From Raillietiella orientalis (taxonomy: Eukaryota): 64,000 nt of DNA. The notes under the pieces are model-generated. The model had not been told where the DNA came from and did not search any database. It saw nothing but the letters and a program-made list of their open reading frames with translations. A program made the position numbers and the translations under genes. Location: NCBI GenBank assembly GCA_036172245.1, contig JAYWIR010000001.1:3906001-3970000 (forward strand), read 5' to 3'. Below, one piece after another: positions 36,300 through 49,381 of this stretch (its first letter is position 1; each line of letters starts with the position of its first letter).

Positions 36300-39200
36300 G
36301 AAGAAGTAGGGCGAAGGTACCACAAGGAAAGAGCAAACATGGTTCTCTCACCACTTTCGGAAGGATGTTGTTCTACTGCATTCTAGAGCAAAAGAGTTGG
36401 GCAGATGGTCACTCGCAGTGACCACTAGTGAAGAAGACTGCATTCATTCTGTTCACTTGTCTGCCAATGAGTCATCGAATGCTCTTTCCTTTTGCGGACT
36501 CTGCAACTTTATCGCCGTTTGGGACACGCGGTGTTTGAGAGCTTGAAAAAATTGCGCATTCCACAAAGTTGCACGGCGCTCAAGGCTTGCAGATAAAGCA
36601 GTGGGAAGTTCAAATGAAGAGGAGGGAAGGCGGTGGATTTGGAAGTACCCGAACAGACTATTGCACCTCGTCCATGTTGCGTCGTGATCGGTGATTCAGA
36701 TCCAATCTGGAATGTTCGCAACTGGAAGTTTCAATTATCTACTCATCTGTCTGAAGCTGTATGATTAGGAATCCTAGGAAGCATCCAAGAAATGACCAAT
36801 GATCTGTCTTCGTGAAATATAGGATTGTTCTTCGCCTATAACTTACGGCGAAACGCAAGAGGTAGACGTTTCATAGAAGGTTGCGGTTACTCAGGTTTCG
36901 ATGATTTTCCTGGATAGATCCTCAAATTCTATTGAAAGAATGGAGATTTTGATCCAGAATCCAATCGTCCAGCGTTTCGTACGATCACAATGGGAGTTCA
37001 TCATGCCTGAAATGAACTTATCTACCACAGTGTGACTGTGATGCTGCAGAGACTTATAATCTCACGAAGGAGTGTCACGTGAAGCGAGTGCTCTGAGTGG
37101 AGGTAATCGATAAATAGCTTGTCAAGTATTCTTTGTAGATGACAGGGGGAACTTCTAGTTTCCAGGTCATCTTGTTTTCCTGAATCAAAGCATCGCATGT
37201 CCGTATTCTGAGATTTCGTCAGCATATCTATCTACCAAAGTCGTTCCGAAGGCCTGACCTCGTACGTTCCTCATCCGGCGAAGGCTGAGTTTTTCACCAC
37301 TGAAAGATTTCCGGTCTATGGAACCTTCACGCTTTTCTCATGGGAAAGATGTTTGCAAAAGCCTTCGGTGGAAAGCCAGTACCTCCCCATTTGCAAGAGC
37401 TATCCGGACTTATCTTCCTGTGGCTGTCTTTCCGCTAATTTTTCCTAAGGCTCGTCCTGCTGGCAACGCGCTGATGGCGTTCTGTAAATCGGATGCATGG
37501 ATCACGTGGGCAACAGAACTACATCTAATGAAATCTAGAATGGAATACCCCCATCTGCCTATTGATAATTCTTGATTATCATTAAGTACGGATAACAGCG
37601 GCAAACACCCGAATGCCACTGGACATCTGAGTTTTCCCATAGGATAACAGTGAAGAACAGCCCGAGGACTCTGTCTTGCTGATAAAGTCGCAATTTCTCT
37701 GCTTTTCCCGTTGACTATTGAGTGCCTCGAGATTATCCTACAAGATTTTCTCTGCTCACTGTCGCAAGAGCGGCGGAGGAAACTTCCTCGCCTGTTTGGA
37801 ATTCACTCCTGTGGCTCACGGGAAAATTTGTGACTTTGAACAAAATTTCCTATTTCTTGTGAAGGGAGAAGACTTGAAACGAGCACGCCTTAGATCTTGG
37901 ATTCCTCATTGGAAATTGAAGATGCTCTGATGCCATTCCTCACCTCCTCCTATTGGAATTCTGAAACCTGCTGAGCTGAAAACTGCAACTGTCCCCCGTT
38001 CAAAGGACGAATTCCATCAGAGTTTCACATATCGAATCAGAGCTCAGACTCAACTCTCGAATCAAATCCCTTACCCCTTTTAGTGCTTGTTCCCAGAAAG
38101 TAGCCATTGACTTCCCTTTCATTTCAAACTGTCTGCTGCTGTGCTTTTGTTTTCATCTAGTGCCGTGAATGCTAAGCTATCAGATTGCTTCATGGATTGC
38201 TAGAGTGTCCCAGATTCATTCTCCATCCTAACAGTCACGAAGTGCTCTTCCATTTCGACTTTGCGAACCACGTGATTGGATTGATTAATCGATTCACAAG
38301 AGTCGATTAAATGCAAATGATACACGTGAATAATAAACACACACTCATTATCTCCAGCTTCGCTTTTTTCTGTCGTCGGGAAATCTTGATCCATACAATG
38401 ATTAGTGCTCTTGGACTCCTAAATTTCACATGAAGAGCAGCCACATGCGCATCCTTCATTACCAGACTGCTGTCAACAACCCCATCAGAGACCACCCCTT
38501 ACTATGCAGGAAATATGTCTGTCATCCAGGAGTACAGTCATACCCTGATTAAATGTATGGATTTCGTCTACAGAATACTTACCGATCTCACTAATCAATC
38601 TCAATTCTGGTAGATAAGGTTGCGTGATCTCTCTTGTAATCTCTCCTTGACGTTAGGTGAGACGGCTGATGACTGTCTAGGGGTTTGTGAGATTCGTTTA
38701 ATCGTTTGCTCCTGATGGATCCATATGCCACAAATCGAGAACGGTCATAAACATGGAGGAGGAGGTCTTCGATAGAATGAGAGATAAGTCCGAATATAGG
38801 AACAACAGATACAGTCATAGTAACGAATGATTCCTAGTATTAAAGGTACGAAAGATGACCCTATTGACCGTTTTCTCCATCGCTCACAGCTTTTCAATGA
38901 CTCGAAGTTATGAGAGGGGACATTCAGGTGTTTCTAGAAAATGAGTCTACGGCAGTGTGTAAGCACCTGTGAAGGACCTCCGTGGTTTAGCATTTATAAC
39001 AGGGAGATTAATATTGGTGCAAGAAACATATAGTCCCTGAAGCAAAGAGAACCTCCAATGAGCTTGACTAATCAGACGGCTTCCTGGAAGCACACATCAA
39101 AAGTGAGGTCCAGCAGGTATAGGGATCATTCAATAGTGCCTCGCGCAGCTATTCGTGAAAGAAGAGGCCATGGAGGATATGCTGTTAACGCGGTCTCGCC

Positions 39201-39400
39201 AAGTCACCGAAACATTCAGAAAGTCCACTTTTTGAACAGTACATGCCAGGGTTTCATTGAACTTCACTATCAAGACCTCTTGGTCTTTAAGAGGCAGGGA
39301 TTCAATCATCCTTCCCTATCGTTAGCAGCGGAGCAGGTCGTGTTGAGAATCTGTGAATATGAATTTTAGGTTGAGGTAAGATAGGAACAGCAACTTTTCT
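36300..39400 (-). other. Endogenous viral element E: degraded rhabdovirus-like L gene (longest fossil)
   Basis: In order: FR.W-like (~39205), 'VVPIFGLISHSIEDL' (cf. FVPMFKGLTMADDL), 'DYK', GGL-DG-..QQ (~38490), 'AGDNECV' (~38350), 'SSLLSYGKTQMSSG' (~37640), 'SVLND', 'SVAH', 'WGGTG', 'RQMS', 'RGAIVCSGTSKSTAFPPLHLNFPLL' (cf. RGP..YLGSKTSESTS..VPLI). Confidence 0.65.
37857..37921 (+). repeat. Dispersed repeat, copy 1 (inserted in EVE E)
   Basis: ttgtgaa..ggagaaga.ttgaaacgagcacg..cttgga.tcctcattggaaattga, shared with 41842-41918. Confidence 0.8.
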
Positions 39401-39899
39401 TCTATTTTTCTGAGGAAGCGCCATCGGTTGTGCCGAAGGATCTGCAGCTCCGTAAATCGGTGAATCGGTGTCTTGTTTGGTGCGGTACTCGTGGTTGCTT
39501 TGAGTCGATCCTTTTGCTTGCTCGAGGTGGGATCTGAAGAAAGGTGGGAGCCGTACTTAAGACCCGGTCCGAGATTTCAGGAGTTGGAAGTTGCCTTGGA
39601 AGTGTAGAGTTCATGTTGTGGCGGGCTGAAGTTTGTGCGGAGTCACCTCTTGATGGGTTTCAGCTCTTCGTCGGCCTAGTTGTTTAGTGTGAAGAACTAG
39701 CAACTGTACTTGGTATAAGACATTCTGTCATTCTAATGAGAGAAAGACTGAGTTGAGCAGAGTTCGAAGTCTTATTTCGATCAAGGGAAAGGGCAGTAGG
39801 TTAGTACTACTCTGTCTGATTTTGGCCTTGACGTGTCTAAAGTTGTAAATAAGCAGAACTGTTCCGACTAAAGTCTTCTTCGTGATGAGGGGGGCATGC

Positions 39900-40600
39900 T
39901 TCACTTCTCTAAGAGAAGGGGTCCTTGAGGAGTGAGCGCGGCCTGGTTTCGTTGAGTCTTTTGCCTACGGTTGGGCCTCCAGGATGGTAGAGGGATCCGT
40001 GGTATGAAAAGCAGCGCTAAGGAAGGTGCACTGAACCATCTCAGTTGTCGTCCCCCCAATTCCACCACTTGGAGGACGTTGGCACTTGCCCAACCCTGCC
40101 GACCGCCTCCTCGTTCGTCCTCCCCACCACAGACACAAGTAACACAGGCAGTCAAACTGGAACAAGGGCGTCGCTACTTCAGCCAGGACCTTTTCGCGGT
40201 TGAAGTAGCCAAGTCGCACAGATGCCAAGTGGTTATGATGGACGGTCCGTGGTTGGCAGCCGTGTAACTGCAGTCTTCGCGTGCCATACAAGGCACTCCG
40301 GGTTCAAATCCATAAAGAGCTACTACGGAGCTCTTTTCTCCTAGAAAAACTTTCTCTATACTGCGCTTCAGAGCATCGAGAAATGAAGCTGCTCCAGTAG
40401 CGGCACGAGGCCATCATTCTCTTGGCCATCTTTGAACTGTGCGAAGAGCAGGATGGTGCCCTCACCTGACTCCAGCAGCCAGTGAGGGCGTTGCCTTAGT
40501 GGCGCTTCTTCACTCGATGCAGACTGATGGCAGGAGCTGTGGTTTCACACTCGGGTGTGCCGGGGCGTTTATTTCTCTCAGAGGGATCAATGAAGCCAAA
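39900..40600 (-). mobile_element. Non-LTR retrotransposon RT remnant
   Basis: 'AAGVR*GHHPAL' resembles RT 'GVRQGCPLSP'; degenerate. Confidence 0.4.
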
Positions 40601-40619
40601 AGGCTCACCGATCCCAATT

Positions 40620-41350
40620 ATTACACTAAAACTAAGGGGAGGCCAGAGAGGTCCATCACATCCACGAAGGAGAAGAGGGATAAAACAAAACTAGAAAAGA
40701 AGAAACAAACTATAACAAACAATAAAAACTAACAAAAAAAGATTAGTTGGGGGAAAAGGGAAAAGATCACATTTCGTGATAGGTGAGGACTTCAATGCGT
40801 TGAAGGATGCTGGCGAACTCCTCCTTCTCCCTTTCCAGGTGAGACCACCTCGAAGCTATCTGCAGGAAGCGGATGGCATGCAGGACAGCCCCTCCGTCGC
40901 TTCGGCCTCTCTCGGCGTTGCACTTCGCCGCGACGGCACCGCGCGCAGCGCTGCGAACCCAGCTGCGGGCGTCGTGGCGTCCCGCACGAAGAGGGGCCTC
41001 AAAGAGTCTCTGGGATCGTCCACGGGGTGTGGAATGGACGCGAAGAAACTTTCTCACAATTCCCGGAGGGTGACGCAGTGCACTATGAGGTGGTGGAAGG
41101 TCTCCTTCTCTCCACACCAGGCACAGTTCGTTGATGCGCTTCCCCTGGTCCAGTGGTGCCGGCGCGCAGGATCTGTGATCGCAACGGTTTGTTGCATCCG
41201 TGCCACCGTCGTGACAGTCCGCTACGTGACGGAGTCTCCGTCACAGCGAGGTAAGGTCATCAGCATGGCAGCCGCTTTGATGAGGACGGCTGCAAGATGG
41301 CCTTACCTGCAAGAAGTCGTCAGGAAGATCGTCACCATACACAGCCGCTT
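40620..41350 (-). mobile_element. L1/Tx1-like LINE 3' end
   Basis: Zn knuckle 'CAWCGEKETFHHLIVHC', C-terminus 'ASILQRIEVLTYHEM*', then a T-rich 3' UTR. Confidence 0.7.
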
Positions 41351-41841
41351 TTAGGATGGAAGAAACGTGCTACACCAAAGACTTCTACCCTCTCGTCACT
41401 TTTTGATTCATTTATTGTCCCTTCTTTTTCTTTCCGGACTTCCTTAAAACCCGGCCTGCGTGCTGGTGGTATCTCTTCTTAAATTTCCTTGTTTTTTTTG
41501 TTGTTCTCAACGTGTACTCAGGAGACACTAGTAGATGTAGTTTATTTCTTTTAAATAAACGCCATGGAGTGACCGGGTACAAACAAGACATGCTCGATGA
41601 TCTATCTTGGTGAGAAAAGACGAAATGAAGATCATAGAAAATTACAAGAAAATGCAACCTTTGTCTGGTTAACTGTGATGAAAACTCGCGCAGTGAAGGC
41701 AAGAAGGCTTTGCAAGCCTTCAGAAGACGTTTTACCCATAGCTCCTTCCAGAGGACGAAGACGATGCTCCTTGGCAATAAGACAGTTAAATTGATACCAA
41801 AAAAAAAGAACACCACACAGAACAAGAATAGTTATGCTAGA

Positions 41842-42490
41842 GTTGTGAACGGCAGAGGAGAAGAATTGAAACGAGCACGGAGCGCCTAAGACCTTGGACT
41901 CCTCATTGGAAATTGAGGTGCAGTCTAGATGTCAAGTGCAAAACCCCCTCTGCCGATGAACAGCGGCAGAAGGGTTTTGCGGCGCCTCTTCGCGCGCGAC
42001 TCGATGCTGCCTGCAGCCTCTCCTTGCAGCCTTGTGCTGTCTTCGTGGGGCTGTGGCTGCGAGAAGCTGTGCTGAAAGAGACCAGCCGAACGGTGAGGCC
42101 ATCGCAATCGTCTGCTCCTTCATGAGGAAGGCGACGAGACTGCCAACAGGTTGCCAACATCCTCCAGAGGATGCCGGGGACTACAGGAAGAAATCAGTGG
42201 CCCTTCTCTTTCCCCTCCCCAACATTTTTTAAACTGAACTTTCGTGTTTTTTTTTTTTTTGTGTGTGTGTGTTTTCGTTTACTGCTTCCCCCACTCCTGT
42301 GCGGACCTCATCGAGGAGCTGCTCACGAGAAGCAGTACCTCCGAGGCGTTTCCCTTCGTAGTGGTGATGTGAAGCCACTACGAAGAAAAACATTTTCTAT
42401 TTTATATGACTGTTTTTTTTTTTGTAAATATTTTTATTTTATTTTTTTTTTACAATAAGCGCCCCGACGTGACCGGGTGAAATAAAGAAG
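41842..42490 (+). mobile_element. Dispersed repeat copy 2, followed by a LINE 3' end of the same family as 40620-41350
   Basis: 41842-41918 matches 37857-37921; 'NILQRMP' followed by a pyrimidine-rich UTR containing ggacctc..ctgct..gtacct. Confidence 0.55.
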
Positions 42491-43849
42491 TCAGTCCAAC
42501 AGTGCTCGCATCACGAAAGAAAATCTGCAAAAGTTTTTCCATGAAATGCACCTTAGGCTGCATTATGAGAGATTTTTCTGTGTCCATAGTAACTCACTCA
42601 CCGTAATAATTACCGTAATACTTATCGCCTGACACGAGTACATTACGTAATTCTGCTACGCAGGTCAGCTAGGCAAAGTTACGAAATTTAGCCGCAAAAA
42701 CTATGTTCTGGGTGTATTATACGAGGCAAAAATCAAGCAGTTTGCAAACTTCACACCAGCGAACGCGATTAGTGATGATAATGTTAATGAGGCTGTTCGA
42801 AACCCTCCATGGAAACGTCTGATTAGATCACTTTCAGTTCCTCTTGCATACATTTCACACGTCATCGAGATTCTTCGAGAGCATCGTTCTCGATGTCGCA
42901 TGCAAAAGAAAAACATCCGCCCATCTCGGCATTGAAATACTCTCCAGTTTCGAACGGGTAAACACATGACGTGAGGTCGCATCTACGACTTGCAAGGATG
43001 GTAGCCTGCGCCGATGATGATGATGGTGACGATGATAATGAAATCTGCTGTCAGTGTGGGAAACTCGACTGTTCGAAATTGCACATCCAGAGTACGAAAT
43101 TGAAGCGACTTTCACGTGGTACACGGCGATTTGATACTCGCTTTATCGTGTTTATCTTACGACTCGAGTCTCTGCACAGTGATTTCTCAGATGACTTGCG
43201 GCTGCGTGTGAGTGTGCTGGTTCAAAAAATGGAAACTTGGTGGAGCGTACAGACTGCATAACGACAGCTCTCAGTTTCAGTTTCGCTTTTTTTTTTTTTG
43301 CGTGCATGCAAGTTGGGTTTCTCAGATTTCGTATAACTTGTGTTCCGGCGTCTCAAGAATTCCATCTTCTTATGTATCAGTTTCTTTTCATCTGGGGGTG
43401 CCATCTTTAGAAAATCAGAACCTTAGGTACACATTGCCACACTGTTATTCTGTGGATTTCTTCCATACTTTCTCATTTCAATTCAGAAAAGGACGGGTAT
43501 GGGGACGAGCAACAGACCACAACATTGGTGATTTTTTCGTTCAAAGTTCTCCAGTTCAGTGGACTGTTCCCAGAGATGAAGTCTTGATTTCCGAAAAAGG
43601 AAAAGCTTTTCTGAAAAAACAAAACAAAAAAAAACAGTACAGAAACTAGGCAGTCTGCGCAAACTGGATGATTGCTGGTTGATCCCAATGTATTCGTCCG
43701 GCACTTGAATTTAGGTCTTCCCACTTGGTTTAAAATTCGTTAGCGGTTTCCCGGATCGTTCCTCCTGTGTTCTTTGCGTTTTGCATGTCGTGAGAACTAC
43801 ACTTTCATAATCGTGAATAACGAAATGTAGGTAGATATCCGAAAGCTCC

Positions 43850-44450
43850 TGGACCAACCAGTGTTATTGGAACTCTCCAGTCGTAGTATTTTCAGCATCT
43901 TTGATCATAGAATCACAACGCTGATGAAACCGCTGCCTCCGTCATTGTGGCTTTCCACAGAATAATTCAAATTGCATTTATTAATTGTCATTTTATCCAT
44001 CATTGACTTTTCCTATGGTGCCGAGTTTTCCCAATGCACTTCTGTACAGTGATAACGTACGTTTAGGAATCTCTTCAGGTTGATACGGGGGGGTGAAGGA
44101 TTTCAAGCATCAGTTGTATAACGGCTTCTCATCTTTACCTCATTCGAAACGAAACTCTCCTTAGCCTTTCCAGCAAATCTATCGCGGCCTCTTAGCGTGC
44201 AGTCAGATGCAACCACATTGTCCAAGGAAATGTTTCTTTTTTATCCAGGGAATCGAGGTGATTCCCCAGTTTTCGTGCCTCGCTTTGCAAGAGGACGTTT
44301 CTGTGGTGACGTGGTAGTGCTCTGACATTTAAGACGGTGCAAGCAAGTATGAGAGGAAAGCTACTCCTATTGGGTTATTGGTTTTGCGATTCCGTAATTG
44401 AACTCATTTAAATTCTGCTTGAATGGCTTCAGAAATCTCAGAAGATTCAG
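43850..44450 (-). other. Possible endogenous viral element F: L capping-domain fragment
   Basis: 'RHENWGITSIP' (cf. R..SWG...GVT.P), 'TPPY', 'GGSG/HQRCDS' in the expected order. Confidence 0.35.
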
Positions 44451-44499
44451 AAGAGAGTACAGATTCGTCAGAATGTAAGATAAAAACAAATAACGAAAA

Positions 44500-46700
44500 A
44501 AAAAAAAGCTATTCACCTTTCGGCAAAGCCACAGAGACACTCGAAAAGAACTACTGGGAATAAATTCAATTTGGGAAGATTTCGTATCTTATCTATAGAA
44601 TGAAACCAAATCGATCACAAGGACAATAAAAAATACCAGGCTGTAGTGACCCTGCAAGAGGCTTTTATATCTGATTTTGAGGATTACGATTTATTCGTAA
44701 GGAACTCTTAGGAGCTACGGGAACATTTGAACTTCTGGCTCGGTGGTTTCAAGCAGGAGATTCCGTTGATGGCTAGAACAATCCAAAGCAGGCCTAACCT
44801 TTTTCGAAGGCCAGTCTGCCCTTTCACCGAGCTTCACAGCAGCCTGATGAGAGATGTACGAGCCCCATTTCGCTCTCGCTCACTTGATGAGTGATTCATT
44901 CGATAAAACTGAACTTTCTTTTACAACGAGAGCAAAGATCCCGGCCTTAAGGCTACTCGCGAGGCGAAACCAAAGCTAAACCTTATTTTCGTTGAAATCT
45001 TATTTTTGTTAAATTTTGACAGATGTCGAAATTAGCTCATGGGAAGACAAAAGAAAATGAAAATGAAAGTCAAAAATTGATTCTCCTCTCCTGAATCGCT
45101 TCATGTTCACGAGAATTCATCTTGAGAAATTTCCACAAGAATATGGACAGACTTCGCTAAGAACCTTCCATGTCGACTGAAATGTTATCTTCTAGGGAGG
45201 CAGCATGTTAGCCGATGCTGAAGTAAGTAGGGATGATTCGATGAATTGGAAGAGTACGTAATCGAGCTGCTCGGATCATATGATCAGGGATTCAAGGAAG
45301 GGTGTCTGGAAACAGTGACTTTGCAAGACGATCACAGAAACAAAGGAGCAAAAGACGATGTGCAGAGAAGAGTCTGTAGAGAAGAAAATGGGAGCAAAAG
45401 ACAGACCAGCTAATGCATGGAGTGAAGTATCCAGTAAGCAAAGAATCAGCTCTGTTTGAACAATGACTAGCTCAGCATCGGAGTTCTACGAGTGTCATCT
45501 AATGATATATGATAATGATGATAATAGTGAAAGCAAAATGAAAACGAGGGCCAGCAAATTTGCATCACCCCCAGAACAAGTCCATCCGCGGGGTTCCTGC
45601 TCGACAACAGCGTTTATTCGTTTCTTCGGTATTGCACTGATGCTGCTTAAGGAACGGATTTCTCAGTTTGCATACTCTTAGTGAGAGTTCGCTTGATCGA
45701 GTAAGTTTCGAGAAATGCCACTATCAAAAGAATTCGCAGTCACTGAAGGTTTACTGTGTTGAAATCATCGCATTGAATTTCTAGGTCATCAGAGACCCAA
45801 AAATTCAACACGTAAAGAGGCCAGGTTGCACCAGATGCACGAAAGAGGATTGCTTTTTTAGCATGTGCCTCGACAACTTTCGTTATGGGAGCCTCTCTCT
45901 TATAAAGAATTAAAGCTATGAAAATGGCCTCATGGTCTTTTCAAAGTTCAACTGCGAAAGAATTAGAACATCCAGACAGCCAGTTTTTCAGGCGTTTCCT
46001 GATGTTACAATTTATCCCACTTAATTATCAGAAGCTGTCGACGGTAATTTTTTTTATTTTTATTTTTGCAGGAAACACATTCAACAAATCAGTGTACGTG
46101 CAGAAGAAAAGTGAACTAACCTTGCCATGGTCATCCTATGCATAAGAGATGATGAACTTGCGGAATGCACTCTTGATGACCATCACGATCCAGTAGCGCA
46201 GGAAGAACAGTCGCAACTTTGCCTCTTTATATTAACTAACGAATAGTTCCAGTGTTGCTGCAGAAAACTTCTAGCAAGACTGCTGATCTACATGTTCCAT
46301 CAAGCTATATTAGAGATTCTGATGAAGTTGCAACTGTGTTGGGAGAGTCAAGGGGTATAAGCTTTTAGAAATTCCAATGTTTAAGCGGATGGGGGCAAGT
46401 ATTTGGATTTGGAAATAGACATCAGATGTTCATCGGGTAATCTTTGTTAGAGAAAACAAAAGCTTTACTGGCAATGCAATCATAACTGACTTTAGCTTCA
46501 TTTCTGGTATTGAGATCCGAACCCGTCCAACACCGGATTCCTCTACCTTCTGCATGGGTCCAAGGGTAGAGCGTATTTAGTAAGGAGGTAGGGACAAAGA
46601 ACCGCACCATCTGAGAATCAGCTGTGGAGCAAGAGTTGAAATCTTTCTTCGGAAATAAAAAGTAGAACGAGATATCTATTAGCAAGCTCTTTCGTTAGTC
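44500..46700 (+). other. Endogenous viral element D: degraded Mononegavirales-like L gene
   Basis: In order: 'LGRFR' (~44575), 'KENE/MKVKN*F' (~45050; KERELK..RF), 'DSMNWK' (~45235; motif A), 'LQDDH' (~45325; QGDNQ), 'FAVTEGL' (~45740; FPDPVTE.L), 'EPLSL', 'FLMLQFIPLNYQKLS'. Confidence 0.55.
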
Positions 46701-49381
46701 ACAGGAAAGCAGAACACTTCGGTTACCGAATTAGAGTCGGAGCCTGAAGCTCAGTCTCTGCCAACATTTCAGGTTTTTAGCAGCACTTTACTTCTATTGA
46801 GCATTAAAGTTGAAAAGCTGGATTTCTGCTAAGAAATAAAGTGCAATTGAAAAATCACTGAAGCCAAAGTCAGTTAGAGCTACAAAATTTTTAAATCTTG
46901 CATCATGGTTTAAGAAAATATGCTTCACCAAAGTTTCTGAAGCTATGGGGAGCCGAATGAGAAGCTTCTTATTTCAAAAAAAAAAAAAAAATCGAATTTT
47001 GTAATCTGGATTACTCTTACTGTGCATTTTTAATTCCACCTCTTGCTTTAAACGATGACTCTTTTCATTACCGTCTCATAGAATTGGATTCAACTTATGA
47101 ATGTGTTTCATTTGCCGGCATTTTTTGTGGTGAGCCAAGATTTTCATGCTTTCGCTTAAATAAAAACTCCAGAGACTACAGAAGTTCTTACTCCTATATT
47201 TATATAGTGGAGGAAACAGTTTACCTCAACTGATCATTTTACAGACGTTTCTCTGTCTTTCCTGGAATATTTTATTTAGGATTTCAGAATTAATACAGGA
47301 AAAAAATAACGTTTTAAAAATACATCTTCGGAATTTTATGCAGCTTTGCACGTTAATAGGCACTGTTCTCAGAAGGTGATTTTCAATGGAATGAATACAG
47401 TTATTAATGCCATCAGTAGTAAAAAGCTTTGAGCTTATTCCAAAATCAGCATGAATGTGAGGGGTCTGTATTCATTCATTCAATTCATTCATTAGCATTA
47501 CCAGTATATTTGCTGGATGTATATTTAACAGATGTTACATTTGATCTAGAGAGGTCAGATATTTTCTTCAGATATGCTGCTCTATTTATAGACTTCAAGT
47601 AAGCATTCACCTGGTGTTATCATTATTTGCTATTCATTCATATCGTAGGCAAAAAAAAAAAAGAATAAACAATCACAACTGCATTTGACGTTACCTTTAA
47701 AAAAAATTGTAGTTCGTTACGAAAAAAAAAAAAAAAAAAATGGAAAACTGTTAACGAAAAGCAGCAGCATTCATTTCGGTACGGCGTCGAAAGATCTTAA
47801 ATTTGCACGATCATCATGAAACTAAAATACAGATTTCTAAAGATGAAATCTATGATGAACGGCAACGATGCTACAGATGAGAGTATACTGACCGTGGCAG
47901 GTCAACCGGAAGTATCACTATCCTTCTGTACGAAAAAGGAAGCTCTTCTTGGAGTGTGTTTTCTTAAGGCATCCCATCGCCAGTCTTCCTGCGCTGTCTG
48001 TACCAATACTGTCCAAAACACGGCGTGTCATTTCCTTCCCTATTACTCGGTGACACGACAGCGTCCAGTGCGTCGAAATCCATGTACCAGTTTGTCGAGT
48101 CGTGAGAGGCTGTCCCGTACGCTCGCCTCAAGAGAAGATCTAGCAAATCCTTTGGGCGACCGAATCACGAAACGGGTTGCCAGCTTCCGCGGTTTGCCGA
48201 AATTCGAGCTCCCCGAGCTGCTCGAGTGATTTGGGCAGATGAAGATGATTCTGTGTCCCATTGTCTTCCTTCTGCTCGATCGCAGATGTTGCTGATAACA
48301 ACATCGTTTCTCAACCAACAATGATGAGCGCTGGAACCAAAGGAGTTCGACGTCGTCACCCACGTTCGCCGGGGAGCGCCGGAGGCATTTAAGATCGGTT
48401 AATGGTCCGTGGAGGCAAGTGAGGCGGCTCTACTGGGCGGGCAGACGAAATGTCGGGAACGGCGGGGGCTGCTGGTGGGAAGAGAAACTCCCGTCGTTCC
48501 GAGTAAAGCGGGAAAAAAAGGGGACTCTCTGCTGTGGAGCTCTGCCATGACGTGCAGTGAAATCCAAATCGCATCATTCCGTGTCGTTGGCGGTTGCTTT
48601 CCTCCAGCTGCAAGTGGTCAGACGGCCCTATTTTGTATGATTGTGATTGCTGCCCCAGATGCCGTGCTCCCCGGTTTCTTGGTTAGCTTAAAGGCACCAG
48701 TTGGTTTTCCGTCCCATGGTACGCATTACCATTAGCATAATTTGCAGGTTTCCATTTCCCCTCGTTCACCGGTTTCAGTGTTTTGCGTAATTGCATTTCG
48801 AGTTCCCCTATTGTCCCCTATTTTCATCCATCGTGTTTCGTTGCATTCCGTTCGTGACTGTCCACGGACTTTGCTTAAATCCACTTCCTTTTGGAAGCCC
48901 TACCCATCCCCGCCAGAGATACGAATTGAATTTTTTTTTTTTGGCGTGTGTGCCTCATGTTTGGCCTGGGATGTTGCGAAAGTTGCGTGTAATTCAAATT
49001 GGTTTTGCTCGATTTGGTGCAGTGGACAGAGAAGATTTACGATCAGTGTGGACGTACTCAAAAATTGTGAAGCCGAAGATTATGCAATGAAGTGCCATAG
49101 CGTCATTCCCCCCTTCCCCCACCCCCCTTCTCCCTCGTCAAAATTTAGTCACTCAATCAGAAATGTCTTGAAATATGAATGATAAAGATCACTTTTATGA
49201 AACTATCGGTTTTTTTTGAAAAGATAAAGCCAGATGTGTTTTATTTATTTACTGTGAGTCCGAAATACAGCCTCTATGGTATTTTTAATTAGAGTTTTCT
49301 GATGTTGGTGCTACTCGGTTTAAATTCACGTCGTTCTAAATTCATTTCTTTTTCAGTATAATTACGTAAATTTATGTGGTC

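Noticed and set aside
36600-37800. Plus-strand L-like motifs (GFGSTRT, TFHR, SGGGNF) and minus-strand 'RWGYSILD' read as WGHP
   Set aside because: Conflict with the better-supported collinear minus-strand series of EVE E; treated as chance matches.
47816-48735. 137-aa ORF and GC-rich patch upstream of HIF-alpha
   Set aside because: No recognisable homology; may be HIF-alpha promoter/5' UTR or a TE remnant.
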